Source: Eledone cirrhosa
Lineage: Eukaryota
DNA length: 64,000 bases
Assembly (NCBI GenBank): GCA_964016885.1
Contig: OZ024760.1
Location: forward strand, 14,694,001-14,758,000
Reading direction: 5' to 3'
Shown here: positions 40,014 through 64,000 of the stretch, in pieces
Numbering within the stretch: position 1 is the first letter of the stretch
Layout of the letters: every line of letters begins with the position of its first letter
The notes under the pieces: model-generated
What the model was told of the DNA's origin: nothing
Database searches by the model: none
The model's input: only the letters and a program-made list of their open reading frames with translations
Made by a program: the position numbers and the translations under genes

Positions 40014-40554
40014 AATATATAGTGTATACATGAAAAGGTTGATATAAACGTGTCAGTATAGATGTGTGAATGTACATATATTTATGTATGTATATATGTA
40101 TGCCTGTATATATAGTGTCAGTGTGTTTATGTATATGTATATGAAATCAGATGTATTAACTAAGACACAACATAGAAAAAGTGTATTCTAATTTTTTTCA
40201 ATTTATATTCTCTTTTATTTATTTATTGTGGGGTGCAGGTTGGGGTTCCTGGAATCTTTTGTGCCAACATACTCCAATCCACTCCATATTCCATCCTATT
40301 CTACTCAAAAGAAATGTCCACTCAGTTGCTCTTGGCTTTTTTTCCTCCCACCTTACCTCATAAATTCCATTCAGTTAACTGTGTTTAAGATCTGTTTGAG
40401 AAGTCAGACAGAATTTTTATCTTTATTTGTAACTCGCATCTATCACAGACGTATCTTGTGACCAAAGTCTTCTTGTAGTCTTTTAACATTCAAACCAGCG
40501 GCCTAAATCGGCTGTTACAACCAAGTAGTCTTGTAGCAGGCCAATCTAAATAGG

Positions 40555-41095
40555 ATCTGTTGTGACAAAGCAGTCGTGTCTCCCTGTTTTAGCAGTCCAG
40601 CCAACTTAAACTGGTTCAGTCATGACCAAGCAGTCTTGTTATCTCCCTGTGTTTTAGCGGTCAAACAAACTTAAATAGGATCTGTTGTGACCAAGCAGTC
40701 TTGTTGGCTGTGTTTTAGTGGTCAAACCAACTTAAACTGGTTCTGTTATGACCAAGCAGTCTTGTTGGCTGTGTTTTAGCGGGCAAGCCAACTTAAACTG
40801 GTTCTGTTGTGACCAAGCAGTTTTGTTGGCTGTGTTTTAGCGGGCAAGCCAACTTAAACTGGTTCTGTTATGACCAAGCAGTCTTGTTGGCTGTGTTTTA
40901 GCGGGCAAGCCAACTTAAACTGGTTCTGTTGTGACCAAGCAGTCTTGTTGGCTGTGTTTTAGCGGGCAAGCCAACTTAAACTGGTTCTGTTATGACCAAG
41001 CAGTCTTGTTGGCTGTGTTTTAGCAGGCAAGCCAACTTAAACTGGTTCTGTTGTGACCAAGCAGTCTTGTCTTTGTGTTTTAGGGATCAAATCAA
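40555..41095. repeat. 61-bp minisatellite with alternating variants (122-bp dimer)
   Basis: ttctgtt(a/g)tgaccaagcag...aacttaaactgg recurs at 40741, 40802, 40863, 40924, 40985 and 41046. Confidence 0.92.
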
Positions 41096-42221
41096 CCCAA
41101 ATCAGCAGCGTTATGATGAAATGGTTTTGTAGCCTATCTGTGTTTTTTAGCATTATAAAAAATTGGAAAGAAAAAAAGTGATCACAAGATCAAACCAAGG
41201 AAACTTTTTCCATTGCTGGTTGCAACTCTTGGCATTCAAAACCAGCCAAAATTGGTTGTTATGACCAAATAGTCTTGTAGACTTCCTATATTTTTAGCTA
41301 AAATTAGCTGTTATGACCACATTGCCTTATAGACTGTTTGTCTAAGAATAAAAGGAACTAAAACACTTTACTGGGTCTGACAATAACCACTTTGTCACTA
41401 ATCAGAGTTTTGTAAATCTCTGAATGGAGACAAAGAAGAAATTTGTTAACTTTACCACATATATATGTGTGTATGTGTGTGTGCGTAAATATATATATAT
41501 ATATATATATACATGTATAATCAACAGCACCACTGTTTAACGTCTATTTTCAATGCTTGCATGGGTAAGACGGGCTGTCACGTTATGAGGCCAGATAGGT
41601 CAGGTAAACGTGTGTTGCTTCGTATTTGGCTTAGTTTTCTAGGGCTGGATGCCCTTCCTAATGCTAACCACCTTATAGTGTGGACTGGATGCTTTTTGTT
41701 CTGGCACCAGCATCACCACCTTGCAGGGTGGACTGGATATATATATATATATATATATATATCATCATCGTTTAACATCTATTTTCCATGCTAGCATGGG
41801 TTAGACGGGTTTGTCCCATTTGAGGCAAGTTGGGTCGGATGACCGTGTCTCGGTCATATATGACAGTTTCTGGCTGGTTTTCTACGGTTGGATAACATCT
41901 AATGGATTCGTAAGGGTGCCATAGTGACATATAGTGTTTTTATTGGGTACTTTAAACCTGGCGGAGCCCATCCCCTTTCCAGGTCTGAACACGGCTGATT
42001 TCTCGCAGAGAGAGAGAGAGAGTAAGAAAGAGATGTAGAGGAAGAATGGACTGGTACCTTTTTTTTTTTATCAACTTCTGGAAGGATAAGAAACAAAATT
42101 GACTTCGGTGGGGTTTTGAGAACTGGAACAAATACTGCAAAGCATTCTATCCAACATTTTAACGACTCTGCCAATTAGCCGCCTGTAAGTATACATACAT
42201 ACTTACAAACATACATGTGCT

Positions 42222-42283
<62 letters not shown>

Positions 42284-43748
42284 CTTGTGTGTGTGTATGT
42301 CTAGCTCTGTACAACAGTTTCCTTTTCATAGCTTGTAAATGCAGTTTATATACTCTTTTATCTGTTCCAGCCATCCGGCTGAGGCCATGCTGGGACACTG
42401 TAAGATAATTACAAAATATTTTTTTTTGTATATTAAAAGATTTTGCTGTGACGTTATGGTTTAAAGGAAGAATAACAAAGAGAAAGGAGAAAATGAAAAG
42501 GAAGAAGCAAGTGAGGAGGGGGGGGGGGATGTGAATGATGGAAAAGAAAGAGAAATAGTAGATAAAGAAGAATGAAAGAATAATACAAAATGAATGAAAA
42601 TGAAAGAGTGATAGAGAATGACTGAATATGAAAATGAAGAAGTCAAGATGAAGGGAGATGAAGGAGTGATTAAGAATAAAGAAAGATGAAGGACTGGTGA
42701 TGAAAGAATAATGGAGAAAAAAATAAATGAATAAGGGTGCAGGGCGATGGAAATATAATGAAATAAAATAATGAAGGAGAGTGAAGAACAAATAAAAATA
42801 GGAATGAAAGATGAAAGATGTGGAAAGGAAAGAGAGAAAAAATGAAGAAAAAAAAAGCAATGAAAAAATAAAGAATGATTACTCTGTCAATTGAATGCAT
42901 TTGAACAAGAAAGAAGGAAATAAGGAAGGAAAATGAATGAAAGAGAAGAAAGAAAAAATAATGTAAAAAAATATAATACTTATCAAGCAACAAAATTTGT
43001 TAAAATCTAAAAAAAAATTTTGTGAGGCTATTTCTGTCTCATTTATATTGAATACATTCAATATAGCATTTAAACCAGCCATATCTGGCCAGAATTCTCC
43101 CACCTCTTTCTGTTCAAACTGGCTGCTCATCCAACATTAATCCTTTAGCATTTAAACCAGTCGTACCCGGCCAGAATTCTTTCACCTCTTTCTGTCCAAG
43201 CCGGCTGTAACCGGCCGCCTATGCCGACGTTTAGGTATTGTTCTCAAAATAAATCATAACAAAATCTCATAGATTCGATATTATGTGAGATAAAGCCTTT
43301 ACCATGAAAATACAATAGTAAATATATAGAGTAATGTAAATGCTAAAGGGTTAAGGTATTGTTCTCAAAATAAATAATACCAAAATTTCATAGATTTGAT
43401 ATAAATGTTTCTACTTTTGGCACAAGGCCAGCAATTATCCCAGTGTATTACTGGTACTTTATTTTATCACCCCGTAAGGATGAAAGGCAAAGTTAACCTC
43501 GGCGGGATTTGAACGCATCATAGATTTGATATAATGTGAGATAATTATGTGAGGTAAACCTTTTACCATGAAAATACAATAGTATATATAGAGTAATGTA
43601 AATGCTAAAGGGTTAATATGGAGTGTGGCATGGTGGGGAAGGGGGACGGGGTGAAAGAAGGATAGGCTAAAACTAGACCTGATGGTACGGTAGATGGTAT
43701 GTTGGATGGATGGATGGGAGGGTGGATGGATGGATGGATGGCATCGTT

Positions 43749-63345
<19,597 letters not shown>

Positions 63346-63432
63346 GTTGGTAGATTCTTGGCTATATTTCACTATATATATGTATATATATCGTTATCAC
63401 CATCAACTATATTGTTATCGCTATACCGTTTC

Positions 63433-63467
<35 letters not shown>

Positions 63468-64000
63468 CGTTATCACCACAAATTCTTATAGATACACATT
63501 AGTCTATCTATCTATCATCTATCATCTATTTCTCTCTATATATGTGATGTCCTTTTATATATCGTTATCACCACTACTTATTATATAGATATATATCTAT
63601 ATACCACGGTACCAAAAGGATTGATGATTTTGCGTGCGTGTGTGTATACATATACATATATCTATAGATCTGTGCGTGTGTGTGAGTGTGTATCCTAATT
63701 ACTAGCACTTCTTATAGATAGATAGATAGATAGATAGAGATGTGTATCAAGGAAATGCAAGAAACAAGGCTAAATATCTGTGAAATAAGTGATCCAAATC
63801 TGCCGTACTCTTCCTCCCTTTCTTGCCAAAGCAGATAGATTGAAATGCGTAATTTAAAAGTAGTAAATACGAAAGAAGAAAGAAAGCAAAGCAAAGGAGA
63901 GAACGAGAGGGCGAGGCAAGGCACAACACGGACAGGCAAATAGTTAGGAGGATATCCAGCCGGAGAGACAGAGACACAGAGAGAGAAAGAAAGAGTAGTG

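Overview
This is an AT-rich, microsatellite- and SINE-dense animal genomic window. An octopod cephalopod is the likely source, inferred from the repeat landscape and an ND1 fragment that reads best in the invertebrate mitochondrial code. It holds three gene units. (1) A minus-strand FRRS1-like ferric-chelate reductase (signal peptide, reeler, DOMON, cytochrome b561): 13 coding exons traced from 16031 to the left edge. (2) A plus-strand tandem array of three intact, fully intronless CFAP57/WDR65 paralogues (1123, 1123 and 1127 aa) with mosaic gene-conversion-like tracts and a truncated duplicate of copy 3's 5' end. (3) A complete minus-strand wntless (wls) gene: 13 exons, 545 aa, with one U12-type GT-AG intron. 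Introns and spacers also carry an ND1 NUMT, several minimal hammerhead-ribozyme-like motifs, tRNA-derived SINEs, hAT-, piggyBac-, mariner- and pogo-like MITEs, non-autonomous Helitrons, LINE fragments, higher-order minisatellites and many inverted repeats. All splice sites and coordinates were read by hand, and repeat boundaries are approximate.
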